Virus record (IMG/VR): IMGVR_UViG_3300013005_000001
Span: 124,001 to 188,000 of that record
Length of the DNA stretch: 64,000 nt
Strand: one strand, 5' to 3'
In this document: piece after piece, positions 8,494 through 19,504 of the stretch
Position numbering within the stretch: the first letter of the stretch is position 1
Layout of the letters: the number at the start of each line of letters is the position of its first letter
Program-made: the position numbers and the translations under genes
The notes under the pieces: model-generated
Told to the model about the DNA's origin: nothing
Seen by the model: the letters and a program-made list of their open reading frames with translations, nothing else
The model's database searches: none

Positions 8494-8766
8494 ATGGCTA
8501 GATTAAACTCAATGTACAGATCTATTGGCTCAATGGCTCAAACAGTTCTTCGTGGCACTACACCTCTTGCCCCAGCTGGGATGAGAGGATCGGCATCAGC
8601 ACGACTTGCAGCTACGAGGGCATCACAAACAAAAACTGGCAAAAGAGTAGTCGGAGGTGCTGCTGCAATGGGTATGATGGGCATGGCAAACAGAAGAGAT
8701 CCGGTTAGCTCATATAACCCAAGAAGGCCAGTTATGCCAGTTCCGCAAAATGGAAGACCAATGTAA
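8494..8766 (+). CDS. Small basic Arg/Met-rich protein
   Basis: Tightly coupled ORF. Confidence 0.7.
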   Translation: MARLNSMYRSIGSMAQTVLRGTTPLAPAGMRGSASARLAATRASQTKTGKRVVGGAAAMGMMGMANRRDPVSSYNPRRPVMPVPQNGRPM

Positions 8767-8767
8767 T

Positions 8768-9178
8768 ATGACTAATTGGGAAAGTTTTATTAACGAGTCA
8801 GGTGATTTTGAATTGCCCAACTTTTTATATAGAACTATTAATGATTTGATGAAACAATCTTTAGATATGGGAACGCTATTGTCTAATGACCAACATAAGT
8901 TAAGGGCTTATAAAGAACAGACTAAAAAAATGTTTAAAGCACGTTGGTTTGAGATAGCTAAAGCTCTTGAATTTTTTAATATAATAGATCCATGCATTTG
9001 TTCTCTAAGCGAGAAAGAACTATACTGTGATGTTTGCAAAGGTGCAAGATTCATAATTAGTTCAACGTTAACAGCTGACGAAATGAAGGAAGTTGGTTTT
9101 TTCATTAATGCAGCAGATAACTTAGAAATAGTTAATAAGCTTCAAAAAAGTCTTAACGAAATATTGATGGATCGTTAA
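8768..9178 (+). CDS. Hypothetical protein with CxC...CxxC
   Basis: ORF; start placed at the ATG just after the previous stop. Confidence 0.7.
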   Translation: MTNWESFINESGDFELPNFLYRTINDLMKQSLDMGTLLSNDQHKLRAYKEQTKKMFKARWFEIAKALEFFNIIDPCICSLSEKELYCDVCKGARFIISSTLTADEMKEVGFFINAADNLEIVNKLQKSLNEILMDR

Positions 9179-9180
9179 AT

Positions 9181-9354
9181 GTGTTATGTCCAAGGTGTGA
9201 TTCTAAACTAGAAAACATCGTAGAGTTCTTTGTAGAAGAACCTGAATTTATATATACAAAAGAATATTATTGTACTAAATGTAAAAGTTCTATGATAGAA
9301 CATTTTGACAACAATGGTTTCTATGCAACAGAGTGGATTGATTTTAATGTCTAA
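9181..9354 (+). CDS. 57-aa zinc-ribbon protein (CPRC...CTKC)
   Basis: GTG 9181; hand translation; fills the gap. Confidence 0.65.
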   Translation: MLCPRCDSKLENIVEFFVEEPEFIYTKEYYCTKCKSSMIEHFDNNGFYATEWIDFNV

Positions 9355-10063
9355 TATAGAAAAAGCAAATAATAAAAATGGTTTCATGAAAGAGTTTGAG
9401 TCTTTAAGACCAGACCTTTTTTTTCCAGATCATTGGAATGAAGAGCAAGTAAATAAAGCTATAGAGTTGGTTCGACCACAAAAAACAAGAACAGCAATGT
9501 TCTCATCTATCCCAATGAATTGCGAAGCAGAGAAATGCGTATACGCTTCAACTTGTCCTTTATTAAAAGAAAATGTTGCTCCAAAGAATAACCCATGTCC
9601 AATAGAGATGTCAATGGTTTCTCAATTTACTACTGAATATCTTGATCAATTAGATGTTAATCCAAACAACCTTGTAGAAGTTTCAATGGTTAGAGATTTA
9701 GTTGATCAAGAAGTTCAATATATGAGAAAAACAAAACTCCTTGCTAAGGAACACTTTATTCAAGAAAATGTTATTGGAGTTGATCAAGATGGTCAACCAA
9801 TTCTTAAAAAAGAATTACACTTGGCGGTAGAATTAGAAGATAAACTACACAAGCGTCGCAAAGATCTTAGAAATCAACTACTTGCAACAAGAGAAGCTAA
9901 AGCTAAAGTTGGTCAAGTTCAACTCGATACAGCACAAGCAATTTCAGATATTATTAATAAAGTTCAATCTATAGAAAATCAAAGAGAAAAAATTCTTAAA
10001 CAAAAACTTGGAACTTATGAGATAGATGATTATATCGAATCACAGGAAATAAAGGATGAGTAA
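9347..10063 (+). CDS. Hypothetical Cys-cluster/coiled-coil protein (terminase small subunit candidate)
   Basis: C-x4-C-x5-CP...CP followed by a helical C-terminus; function is inference. Confidence 0.45.
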   Translation: MSNIEKANNKNGFMKEFESLRPDLFFPDHWNEEQVNKAIELVRPQKTRTAMFSSIPMNCEAEKCVYASTCPLLKENVAPKNNPCPIEMSMVSQFTTEYLDQLDVNPNNLVEVSMVRDLVDQEVQYMRKTKLLAKEHFIQENVIGVDQDGQPILKKELHLAVELEDKLHKRRKDLRNQLLATREAKAKVGQVQLDTAQAISDIINKVQSIENQREKILKQKLGTYEIDDYIESQEIKDE

Positions 10064-13000
10064 ACTTGACGATTTAGTCGGGATGTACATGAGGATGCTT
10101 CCTGACAGGACAGAAGAGGAAATAAGAGCTCAAGTAATGCGAAATGCAAGAATAGGAGCTAATCCTTCATTGTCCTCATCTGTGTTAGACATGGATCCAC
10201 CAAGCCGAATAATAAGCGGATTAAGAGATTTGCACGATTCTTATCAAAGAGCTTTAGAAGCAGAGTTGGAAATGCCAATGTCAACTATAGAAAAAAGTCG
10301 AACAATTGAAACTGCAAGGTCACTTCCAACCATGAATTTGCATTTAATATCAGACAGAACAACTAGAGAAACACTTGATCGTCAGTGGCAAGACTTAGTA
10401 TTGGGTCCACTTCCTGGAGGAGTTGGATTACCATCCATTCCATCTATATCAGGAAACGTTAGGTCACAAAGCGTTTATGCTAACATGCCACAACCCTTAC
10501 CGGGGCAACCAGCTCATCCATTGTCAGTTATAATGTCAGGTAGGGCTATTTCAGTCTCTAATGAAAAAATAGGAGAAACAGCAATGACAATTTCTTCTGC
10601 CAATATTCCAACTCCTGAATATTTGGAAACCTTGATGGCTAGAGCATCAGTAGGTCATGATAGTGTAATAAAAAAAGCAATTAGTGATGGAAGAAGATTG
10701 AGAATAATGACTTCTGACATTGAAACAGGTGGAGTTGGTCCTTATGATCTGGCTAGATCTGTCTTTTCGCAAACTTATGAAATGCCAACAGATACTGCAG
10801 GAGCAACTCTTTCTTCGGCCCTAGATGGTCTCGCTCCAACATCAGACACTTTTGACTTTCACATGTTGCTTCCCGAAATGCAAACCCTAACAAGGGGACA
10901 AAGAGGTGGTGCACCTTCTGTAAAACTAGGTGGACGTTTAGCTGAGATTGAAACTGGAAGATTTTTACCGGGTGGAGGAACTGCAGCTGGAACTGGAAAA
11001 ATATTTGACCTTACAACAAAAGTAGGAAGAACTGAATCAGCAGAAGAGCTATTTAAATATCTTGAATCAATAGCAGATGAAGATACACTTTTACTTGGTA
11101 ACAACTTTGTTAATTTTGACATACCAAAATTAATAGCGACCGCATCTACTCTCGAAGAGTTTATGAAAATTCCAGGGGCTACAGAAATGTTAGACGCAGT
11201 AAAAGCAAAAGCTGGCAGCGATAGTGTTATAGACGTTACTGAAATGTCTAGACAATATTTATCTGGAAAAATAACAGAAAGAATGACAAACTTAGTAATG
11301 ACTCCTGAAGTCCTCATAGAGCGTGGGTTCACTTCTTTGTTATCTCAAGAAAGCTTAATGAAAGCTGGAATAGTTGGGGAAGGCGTTAAACCTTTCAGTA
11401 TTGAAAACATGGTTACATCAACAAATGTATTGGAACAAATGTATGATTCACCCGTTCCTGGTATGCAACAAGCTGTACTGGATTTAGCTGGTGGATCTCA
11501 CATTGCGTCATTGGACGCACAATTATCTATGTCTTTATTTAGCGGCATGGCGGATCAAAGTTTAGATATAATAGATCCAGCGAATAGACCAGACCTATCT
11601 ACAGATAGAGGGCGAGCAATAGCTCGTGCGCTAAATGCAGTTAGTAGAGCTAGTGCAACCGTACCTACTTCTAATATAGCAAGCATGGGAGAAATATCAG
11701 ATCAAGTATTTAATTTCTTAACCGATACATCTGGCGCTTCAGATAGAACTTTGATGGGCGCAAGAGTTCAAACAATAGACCATACAACTGGTCAAGTAGA
11801 TGGCTTTATTCATTATAATCCTAAAATAGGTGCATACGAAAAGGTCTTCTCAGACGCAAGTAAAGCAGTAGACCCAACAACCGGAACAACTGCAATTCCA
11901 AGAATGATTGCTAGAAATAAAATTAGACAAGCAATGTCTGAAGAAACAACTGTTACACGACCAGATGGATCTACGTATACGCAATATGGAAAAAACGTTA
12001 TTTCTACTGGAATAAATGTTGCAGAAGCAAGTCAGATGAACTCTACATTAGCAGCAGTTTCAAGATTCTCTGGACTTTCAACAATAGCTAAAGGACCAGG
12101 AGCATTCCTTTCAACTGAGGCGGACGAAGATGCATTTGTCAGAGGAATGACGGCTACCAGAAAACATATAGGATTTCCACACTTAAGAGATACACCAGAT
12201 TCAGTAACTTCAGGTTCAAGGAAACTTATTAATAATATGAGAGGAAGATTTGACGCTCCCACCGATGCTGCTATGGTAGCAGCTCAAGACGCAGTTTATG
12301 AATCAGGAGCAGGACTAGCTGTTTTGGATCCAGTTGCAAGAGCTCGCTTTGTTGCCATCTCTACGCAAACTGCTCATGTTCCATATGAAGGTGACATGAC
12401 TGAAATGGCTAAACAGATAGCAAGAAGATCAGAAGCGCAAAAAGCTTTAGCAGAAGGTCGAGTCATGACCAATGATGAAATTGAAGCTGTTGTATCTGCA
12501 ATGCATCCTGAACAACTTCGTTCAATAAATACAATAGCAAAAACAACTTCGGAATATATATCTGAACAAACAATATCGCATATTCCAGTAATACAAAGAA
12601 CTAGGTTAATTAGTCGTCAAACATTGCAGCCGACTAAGCCATTAATATCTGGTTCAGTACTTTCTCAAATGAGAGTAAAAGATGCTTCTGGAACTGAAGT
12701 TCCAATTGTAGAATCTGCATTTTGGAAAAAAGCTGGATTAGATACCTCTACTCTATCTATTGTAAAAGCTGGACAAAGAGATATCGTTAACTTAGTTGCT
12801 GGCAAAGGAGGAATGTCAAGAGAAAACGCAACAACTTTTACAGAATCTTTAGTAGGAGTATTAAGGCAAAAAGCTTTATTATCTGAAGATCAAATGGTGG
12901 AACAAGGTATTTCATACAGCGTTGAAGAAGCGCAACATATTAAAAGTTTGTTTATAGCGGGTGACGCTTCTGCTGAAAGACTAAAACAATTTTCTGAAGG

Positions 13001-13733
13001 ATTAACAGAAAGGTTAATAGAATCTGGTCCTGCCATTGGAGCATATGAAGGGTCAGTAGCACAGGGCGTCGGAGCAGTAGTTAAAGCAGCTGGTTCAGAA
13101 GTTGGTAACGATCAACCAGCCATAGATCTAGGATTGGTATTTCAAACTCAAAGAATTGGTGAAGAAACAATTAGCTTCTCAGGAACAATTCCACAAGCTG
13201 CAAGAGATCAATTAAACCATATGGGAGGCGCTGAATCGGTCGCAGTTAATGCAGAGCTAAGTGGCAACTTAATGGAAGAGCATTTACAAGCTTTAGGAAA
13301 AGCTGATTCTAGTGAAACATTTAGGGAAAAGCTAAAAAAAGTTTTCCACAGAGACAGAGTAGACACTGGAATATTTGGAAGCAGCATTGGTAGAAACAGA
13401 AGAGATAGGGATATATCTATTTTGGATGGTTTAGCTAAAATTAAGCCAAAATTAGCAATGGGAGCAATTGCTGTTGGAGCAGCAAGTGCTGGTTACTATT
13501 TAGCTAAGAAAAACAGACAAAACAAAATGTATGATGACCCCATGAGTCAACAGCCTTATGAAGATTCAGGTCTTGTTCAGGAAGCAAATTTTGGAATCCA
13601 ACAAGATAATCAACAAACAAGCGCTAGAAGAGATCCTTTGGTGACTGCTGGAGTTGTTGGAAACTTGGATAGAAATAAGATTGGGCACACAGGTATGGGT
13701 CCAAATAAATACAACCATCTTTACGGAGGATAG
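10056..13733 (+). CDS. 1225-aa protein with a DnaQ/DEDDh-like 3'-5' exonuclease domain and a C-terminal hydrophobic helix
   Basis: SDIETG (ExoI), GNN..NFDIP (ExoII), SHIASLDA (ExoIII). Confidence 0.6.
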   Translation: MSKLDDLVGMYMRMLPDRTEEEIRAQVMRNARIGANPSLSSSVLDMDPPSRIISGLRDLHDSYQRALEAELEMPMSTIEKSRTIETARSLPTMNLHLISDRTTRETLDRQWQDLVLGPLPGGVGLPSIPSISGNVRSQSVYANMPQPLPGQPAHPLSVIMSGRAISVSNEKIGETAMTISSANIPTPEYLETLMARASVGHDSVIKKAISDGRRLRIMTSDIETGGVGPYDLARSVFSQTYEMPTDTAGATLSSALDGLAPTSDTFDFHMLLPEMQTLTRGQRGGAPSVKLGGRLAEIETGRFLPGGGTAAGTGKIFDLTTKVGRTESAEELFKYLESIADEDTLLLGNNFVNFDIPKLIATASTLEEFMKIPGATEMLDAVKAKAGSDSVIDVTEMSRQYLSGKITERMTNLVMTPEVLIERGFTSLLSQESLMKAGIVGEGVKPFSIENMVTSTNVLEQMYDSPVPGMQQAVLDLAGGSHIASLDAQLSMSLFSGMADQSLDIIDPANRPDLSTDRGRAIARALNAVSRASATVPTSNIASMGEISDQVFNFLTDTSGASDRTLMGARVQTIDHTTGQVDGFIHYNPKIGAYEKVFSDASKAVDPTTGTTAIPRMIARNKIRQAMSEETTVTRPDGSTYTQYGKNVISTGINVAEASQMNSTLAAVSRFSGLSTIAKGPGAFLSTEADEDAFVRGMTATRKHIGFPHLRDTPDSVTSGSRKLINNMRGRFDAPTDAAMVAAQDAVYESGAGLAVLDPVARARFVAISTQTAHVPYEGDMTEMAKQIARRSEAQKALAEGRVMTNDEIEAVVSAMHPEQLRSINTIAKTTSEYISEQTISHIPVIQRTRLISRQTLQPTKPLISGSVLSQMRVKDASGTEVPIVESAFWKKAGLDTSTLSIVKAGQRDIVNLVAGKGGMSRENATTFTESLVGVLRQKALLSEDQMVEQGISYSVEEAQHIKSLFIAGDASAERLKQFSEGLTERLIESGPAIGAYEGSVAQGVGAVVKAAGSEVGNDQPAIDLGLVFQTQRIGEETISFSGTIPQAARDQLNHMGGAESVAVNAELSGNLMEEHLQALGKADSSETFREKLKKVFHRDRVDTGIFGSSIGRNRRDRDISILDGLAKIKPKLAMGAIAVGAASAGYYLAKKNRQNKMYDDPMSQQPYEDSGLVQEANFGIQQDNQQTSARRDPLVTAGVVGNLDRNKIGHTGMGPNKYNHLYGG

Positions 13734-13735
13734 AA

Positions 13736-14416
13736 ATGCCTATAAACCTAGGTTCAGTAAGTGCAGGCATATCAACTGGTAGAAGCATGTTATCCATGAT
13801 GGGATCATCTGGTGTTGGTCAAGTAGCCAAAGATGTAATGGGTTCTAGAAAAGCTCAAGGAGCAGTACTTGGTGGATTGTTTTTAGCTGGCATTGGAAAA
13901 GAAGTAGTAAGGCCAACTATTAAAGCTGGATTAGATGTAGCTTTTGATGATCCAGATGCAGACCAAAAAATGTTGGGAACAGATCTAACTCCTTCAATGT
14001 TGATCGGTGCTAATATACAAGGTCCCGTAGGAAGCGTTGCAAGGGGTGCTAACGCTTACAGATTTGGAGTTGGTGGCACTAACCCATACGACACTCAAAA
14101 GAATGTAGGAAGGGCTGGAGGAATCATCGGTGCTGTTGGTGGTGGCATTTATGGTTATACAAAAGGAATTGCTGGACAAAGAGGAAATAAAGGAGCAATA
14201 ATCGGAGCTATTGCTGGCGGAGCTGCTGGAAACGTAGCTGGTAGAGTAACTGGTGCAGCTGGGTCTTTAATGTTTGCTAAAAACTATGCACAAACAAATG
14301 CACAAATATTAAACGAATCTCCTTTTTATAATAGATCATTAATGACAGCAGACAGAATGAACGCAAGAGGTGACATTGTTCTCGGTGCCCATAACACTAG
14401 AAGGGGTCAATACTAA
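13736..14416 (+). CDS. Gly-rich putative virion/ejected membrane protein
   Basis: Glycine-zipper-like GAIIGAIAGG segments. Confidence 0.55.
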   Translation: MPINLGSVSAGISTGRSMLSMMGSSGVGQVAKDVMGSRKAQGAVLGGLFLAGIGKEVVRPTIKAGLDVAFDDPDADQKMLGTDLTPSMLIGANIQGPVGSVARGANAYRFGVGGTNPYDTQKNVGRAGGIIGAVGGGIYGYTKGIAGQRGNKGAIIGAIAGGAAGNVAGRVTGAAGSLMFAKNYAQTNAQILNESPFYNRSLMTADRMNARGDIVLGAHNTRRGQY

Positions 14417-16026
14417 TGGCTGAAATGGACAATTTTTCTCAACAAGTTCAAGGTGGAGCTCAAGCATCGGCACAACAGCAGATGCCATTAGCAATGAGGG
14501 CAATGGCTGCAAATCCATTCAATTTTGGGGTTAGTCACTTAATTGGTTGGAATGCCCAAAGGTATGCAAACACTATGTTTAAAGGTGGTGTCCTTGACAC
14601 TGCTCCAGGGGCTACTGGCAAAAGAGCTGCAGTTAAAAACTTTCTAGGAAGAAGAACCGGAGCATACGCCGGTGACGCAATGCAGGATAATACCAATTAT
14701 GCATTTGGTAGAAGCATTCTAGGTGATGATAGAAGCATTTTTGGCAAAAAACCATTTGGAGCCGGACGAAAAGCAAAGGCCCAATTTGCTAACAACCCAT
14801 TGAATCCAGCTACATTTTTTAGATTTGATTCTGTAGCTAGATTGGCAGGAGCACCAGGAGATCCTTCTGTGTACTCACCATTTGGTACTGGAATGAACTT
14901 TGTTGCAGAAAGAATATTAAAAGGTAAAGGCCCAATTGGGGCGATGGCTAGAAGCAGATATCCAGGCAAATTTGATACAGCAACTGGCGATCTACTTCCT
15001 GGGAATGAAATGTATAGTGGAGGTCTTTTTGGTCGCATAAATACCATGGGCAAAGTCATGGATTATGAAAAGCATGTTAAAGCAGCATCTAACTTAACTG
15101 GAAGTCCATCTAATTACACTAGAAGCCAAGCAAGAATAGCTAGAAGGGGTGAAAAAGCAGCAGCTAAATTAGCTAAATTTGATGATAGTCTTATAAAACT
15201 CGGTCGAGCAACTGGAGCTCAATTTGCAACAGAAGCAGCAGAAAAAGTTGGAAGGGCTGCAATGGGTGGAGCGGCAGGTCCAGTAAATGTTAGTTCAATT
15301 CTTAAAACAGGAGTAGCAGACGCAGAAATAGGAGCAGCAGCTCAAAAAATAGGTAGAACAAGAGCATTGTCTCAGACTATAAGAGGTTTTGTGCCCGGAG
15401 GAATTTTTGATTCTGTAGCTACATTGGGCGGAAGAGGCTCTGAAATGGCTGGAAGTGCAGGTTTTAAGAAATCTTCTCAAATATTTGCTGAAGCAATGGA
15501 GGGTTCTAAGTTTAGTCGTTTAGGAGCAGGGGCTCTAGACGATGCAGCACACGGGGCAAAGAGTGCAATGAAAATCAAAACTAAAATGTCTGGATATATG
15601 CACCATGCAGATAACCTACTTAAGAGTGACGACGTTGCATTAATTAGAAAAACAGCAGGAAGACTTGGAATGGATGCTTTTGCCAGAAAAGAGTACAAGC
15701 TGGCAGGTAAGCTGGCTGGACAATATGCAGGAACTCTTGGACCTATGGCTGGAAAAGCTCTTGGAGCATTTGGTATGGCTTCAATGACCTATGACATTGG
15801 TAAAGGCGTAGGAAAGATGATGATGGGAGGCGTTAATTTTGGCAAAGATGCGCTAAAATCTATGCAGGGAAGTATGAACAAACCATTATTTGGAGCAGGA
15901 TTTAAAGACAATGAAGTTGCAGCAACATCAAGATCTAGAGGCGTTATGGCTATTCAGAACTCAAGACTTAATGCAAGAAGTTCTCTTGGATCAGAGGGCG
16001 CTATGATGGCAGCACATTTTGGATAA
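14416..16026 (+). CDS. Gly/Ala-rich basic putative internal virion protein
   Basis: 536-aa ORF, TAATG coupling. Confidence 0.55.
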   Translation: MAEMDNFSQQVQGGAQASAQQQMPLAMRAMAANPFNFGVSHLIGWNAQRYANTMFKGGVLDTAPGATGKRAAVKNFLGRRTGAYAGDAMQDNTNYAFGRSILGDDRSIFGKKPFGAGRKAKAQFANNPLNPATFFRFDSVARLAGAPGDPSVYSPFGTGMNFVAERILKGKGPIGAMARSRYPGKFDTATGDLLPGNEMYSGGLFGRINTMGKVMDYEKHVKAASNLTGSPSNYTRSQARIARRGEKAAAKLAKFDDSLIKLGRATGAQFATEAAEKVGRAAMGGAAGPVNVSSILKTGVADAEIGAAAQKIGRTRALSQTIRGFVPGGIFDSVATLGGRGSEMAGSAGFKKSSQIFAEAMEGSKFSRLGAGALDDAAHGAKSAMKIKTKMSGYMHHADNLLKSDDVALIRKTAGRLGMDAFARKEYKLAGKLAGQYAGTLGPMAGKALGAFGMASMTYDIGKGVGKMMMGGVNFGKDALKSMQGSMNKPLFGAGFKDNEVAATSRSRGVMAIQNSRLNARSSLGSEGAMMAAHFG

Positions 16027-16029
16027 TTT

Positions 16030-17904
16030 ATGAGCGCAACGTTATCATCAAAAACTAAAAAGTTTAGACAAGATTTAGAAAAACTATCTAGAGAAGATTT
16101 ATTAGAAATAATAAAAGATCAAGATATAGAAACATTCAAACAAATTAATAGAATTGAATGGGTTTTTCAAAATAAATTAAATCATCTAACTTGGGCAGAT
16201 GGAAGCACTATAACAGAACGTCCATTGACCAATAAAGAGTTATCTCTTTTAGTTGACGAACCATTTGATCTTGATATGGATCTTTTAGATCTTGGAATCT
16301 CTGGAGAACAACAAAGGCAGATACACATAGCTAAAGACCCGTGCGTGTGGGCGAGGCAATTCTTACAGGCCGAAACAAGAGTGTATCAAACTTTAATTTT
16401 GAGAGACCCTGCATTAAGAAAAGTTTTAAGAGCTGGTCGTCGTCTTGGTAAAACATTTAGTATGGCTGTTTATCTGTTGCACTATAGCTATACCCACAAA
16501 GATGGAAGATGTCTTGTTATTGCGCCAATGAAATCTCACGTTGAATTAATCTATCAAGAGATTCTAAGACTTGCATCTAAGAATGAAATTGTAATGAACT
16601 CTATAGTTAGAAAAGTTACAAGCCCTCAATTCATGATTCAATTCTCTAATGGATCAACAATTAGATTCTTTACATCAGGTATGCGTTCTGGCGGAAAGTC
16701 TGACGTAGCTCGTGGTCAGGAAGCACATGTTATTGTTCTTGACGAAATGGATTACATGCACGCAGACGACCTTGATGCATTGTACGCAATGCTTCAGAAA
16801 ACTGCAGAAGATCAACCAGATAAAGTTCTTATTGGAGCTTCAACTCCAACTGGTAGAAGAGAACGCTTTTGGGAATGGTGTAGATCAGAAAGATTTAAAG
16901 AGTTTTGGTTTCCATCATATTGCAACCCATATTTTGCTAAAGAACAAGAAGATGAATTTAGAGAACAGTATTCTGAAATAGGATACAGGCATGAAATTGA
17001 AGCAGACTGGGGTGAAGACGCAGAAGGCGTATACCCAAGAAAATATGTTGATAAAGCTTTCATAGAACCAAACTGGAATTACGATGCTGAACTAAAGTCA
17101 GCTAGATCTTTTCATGTAATAGGAGTTGACTGGGACAAGTACGGAGCAGGTACAAATATAGTTGTCCTAGAGGTGTGCTCAGATACCTATGAGGAAGAAA
17201 GATTTAGAAATAAAGTAAGACTTGCCTATAGAGAAGAAATAGAAAGATCTGAATACACATTAACTAAAGCTGTTTCTAGAATCGTTGATTTAAATAATAT
17301 TTTTATGCCAAAACATATTTATGTAGATAGAGGCTATGGAGAAGTCCAGGTAGAGCTGTTGCATAAATACGGTGTTGAAAATCCACTTTCCGGATTAAAA
17401 CAAAAAGTTAAAGGTATTGGATTTGGAGAGTCTATAGATTTAAGAGATCCATATACTAAGCAAGTTGTTAAAAAAGAAATCAAACCATACATGGTAGATA
17501 ACTTAAGACAATATCTTGAAAAAGAATTATTAATGATTCCGGAAAAAGATAATGAAATGTATATGCAATTAATATCTTATGTCGTATTAAGAACGACTCA
17601 GACTGGTAGACCAGTCTTTGAAGCTGGAGGATCAGCTCAGGACCACGCGCACGATGCACTGATATTAGCTCTTCTTTCTATAACTCAAAACTATGGAGAT
17701 TTACATAAAGCAAGGTATACTACAACTACTAGCTCATTTTCCAATACGTTCTTCATGCCAGGAAGTGGCGATAGAGAAGACGATGATACTGATGCAAGTA
17801 AAACAAAAGTAGCAAACAGAACAGATTCTCTAGGAGTAAAAACGTCATTGAGAAAAAGTTTTAGTAGACGTGCAAGTGCACCAATTAAAAGACAGGTGTT
17901 TTAA
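16030..17904 (+). CDS. terL: Terminase large subunit
   Basis: AGRRLGKT Walker A, VIVLDE Walker B, ASTP motif III, IGVDWD and DHAHDA nuclease residues. Confidence 0.93.
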   Translation: MSATLSSKTKKFRQDLEKLSREDLLEIIKDQDIETFKQINRIEWVFQNKLNHLTWADGSTITERPLTNKELSLLVDEPFDLDMDLLDLGISGEQQRQIHIAKDPCVWARQFLQAETRVYQTLILRDPALRKVLRAGRRLGKTFSMAVYLLHYSYTHKDGRCLVIAPMKSHVELIYQEILRLASKNEIVMNSIVRKVTSPQFMIQFSNGSTIRFFTSGMRSGGKSDVARGQEAHVIVLDEMDYMHADDLDALYAMLQKTAEDQPDKVLIGASTPTGRRERFWEWCRSERFKEFWFPSYCNPYFAKEQEDEFREQYSEIGYRHEIEADWGEDAEGVYPRKYVDKAFIEPNWNYDAELKSARSFHVIGVDWDKYGAGTNIVVLEVCSDTYEEERFRNKVRLAYREEIERSEYTLTKAVSRIVDLNNIFMPKHIYVDRGYGEVQVELLHKYGVENPLSGLKQKVKGIGFGESIDLRDPYTKQVVKKEIKPYMVDNLRQYLEKELLMIPEKDNEMYMQLISYVVLRTTQTGRPVFEAGGSAQDHAHDALILALLSITQNYGDLHKARYTTTTSSFSNTFFMPGSGDREDDDTDASKTKVANRTDSLGVKTSLRKSFSRRASAPIKRQVF

Positions 17905-17906
17905 TA

Positions 17907-19502
17907 ATGGCAAACTATGGACTGGGAAACTCTAGCGCAGTAGAGAATGTTTTTAATGACCCATATTCTGACGTATCTTCTTTTAACTCAGTAGAAAAGA
18001 GAGAGAATGAAGCAGGAGTTGAATCTTCCTCTGGATTAGCAAACTATACTAATATCTCACAAACCCCAATTGGGCAAGTTAGATCTCATGTGTTTAACTG
18101 CGATCAAATAATTAAGCAGCTAATTCAGGAACTAGATGACAACCTACTAAAGGTTAACATCAACGCATACGTTTCCGTAGAAATGGAAATTGCACATAAA
18201 GCAGTTTGGCAAGATGCACAAAAATACTACGGTCGTCAACAGGACGAAAACACATTCACTACAATGGAAGTAAAATCTGCTCCAGACTTTATTTGTTATA
18301 GACAATACACATACGCACAAGAGCACAAGTGTAGGGCATGTAGAGAGTTTGTAAAGCAGTATGACATAGCTATTTCTCATACAAGTTTTGGGCATTTAAT
18401 AAGTCTAAAAAAAATATTGAACTACATTAATAATGAAGTTTCAATAATAAAAAATATAGTCATATACTATTTAGGAGAAGAGTACAAAGATGAAACAGAA
18501 GGCGAAATCGCAAAGCACCTCGCAGACTGGACAAAAGCAGTTACGCACTATACGAAACAGTTTGCCAAAGAAATCACAACCCAATCAGTCTCAATTCCAC
18601 AATCCGAATTGGATCAAATCTCTAAGAAACAAGCCGCTCAATTTCAAGCGTTTTTTTCGATCAGAATAAACTCAATCTCTTCTGAAATAAATTCTATACT
18701 TGGCTTAATAAAAAGAGACTGCGTCGACTTAGGAGATATGTTCTATAATAACTATCTAGTGCCTGCAATGACTTTTAAGTCCAAATTAATAGAACCAATA
18801 ATGACAGATATTAACACCACCTCTTTTGCAAAGAATGCTCCAATTCTAACTGGAGAAATGGTTATTGCAAGTAATGCAGTAGTTGGCAACTTAGGCTCAG
18901 TAACTACTGACCTTGTAGAAAAAAGAATAAACTTAGGCAAGAGAATGAAAGCCTATTTAGAATTGTTGCGACTAAAAAGAAGATATATTAATTATATAAT
19001 TCAATTAGAAGATTTTGCGGTTCAAAGAACAATAGCACTTGCTTCTCCAACTCCAGAAGATGTTATTAGGTATAATGACATCTTTGATGAAATATATGTA
19101 GATAATTCAAAGAGAGAAAATCTTAGATCTTCACACAATGACCTAGATGATCTAGACGGTGATGCTCACCCTCAATATTTAAGAGCTGACGGCGGAACCA
19201 TAAAAGGTGATATAACTGTTGAAAATGGAGCTAAGATAGACGGAGTTAGCTTAGCTAATCATAGTCATAATTTTGAAGACGGAAGTAATCCAATAAGTGC
19301 AATGTCAATAGATTATGAATCTGCAAGACAAGATTATTATGACAACGTTGATAATAAGCCATATTCAAATTTAGTGCTATCTGGTTTTGAAGCTATTCAA
19401 AAGATAGGTGGAGGACACGAATATAGTGCCACCTTTGAAATTGAGGTAGATGATGATAAGATTAGCACATATGATTTTGAGATTCTTTACAAAGAGCTGT
19501 AA
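17907..19502 (+). CDS. Putative virion structural protein
   Basis: C-terminal HNDLDDLDGDAHPQYL, a motif typical of fibre/baseplate proteins. Confidence 0.5.
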   Translation: MANYGLGNSSAVENVFNDPYSDVSSFNSVEKRENEAGVESSSGLANYTNISQTPIGQVRSHVFNCDQIIKQLIQELDDNLLKVNINAYVSVEMEIAHKAVWQDAQKYYGRQQDENTFTTMEVKSAPDFICYRQYTYAQEHKCRACREFVKQYDIAISHTSFGHLISLKKILNYINNEVSIIKNIVIYYLGEEYKDETEGEIAKHLADWTKAVTHYTKQFAKEITTQSVSIPQSELDQISKKQAAQFQAFFSIRINSISSEINSILGLIKRDCVDLGDMFYNNYLVPAMTFKSKLIEPIMTDINTTSFAKNAPILTGEMVIASNAVVGNLGSVTTDLVEKRINLGKRMKAYLELLRLKRRYINYIIQLEDFAVQRTIALASPTPEDVIRYNDIFDEIYVDNSKRENLRSSHNDLDDLDGDAHPQYLRADGGTIKGDITVENGAKIDGVSLANHSHNFEDGSNPISAMSIDYESARQDYYDNVDNKPYSNLVLSGFEAIQKIGGGHEYSATFEIEVDDDKISTYDFEILYKEL

Positions 19503-19504
19503 CT

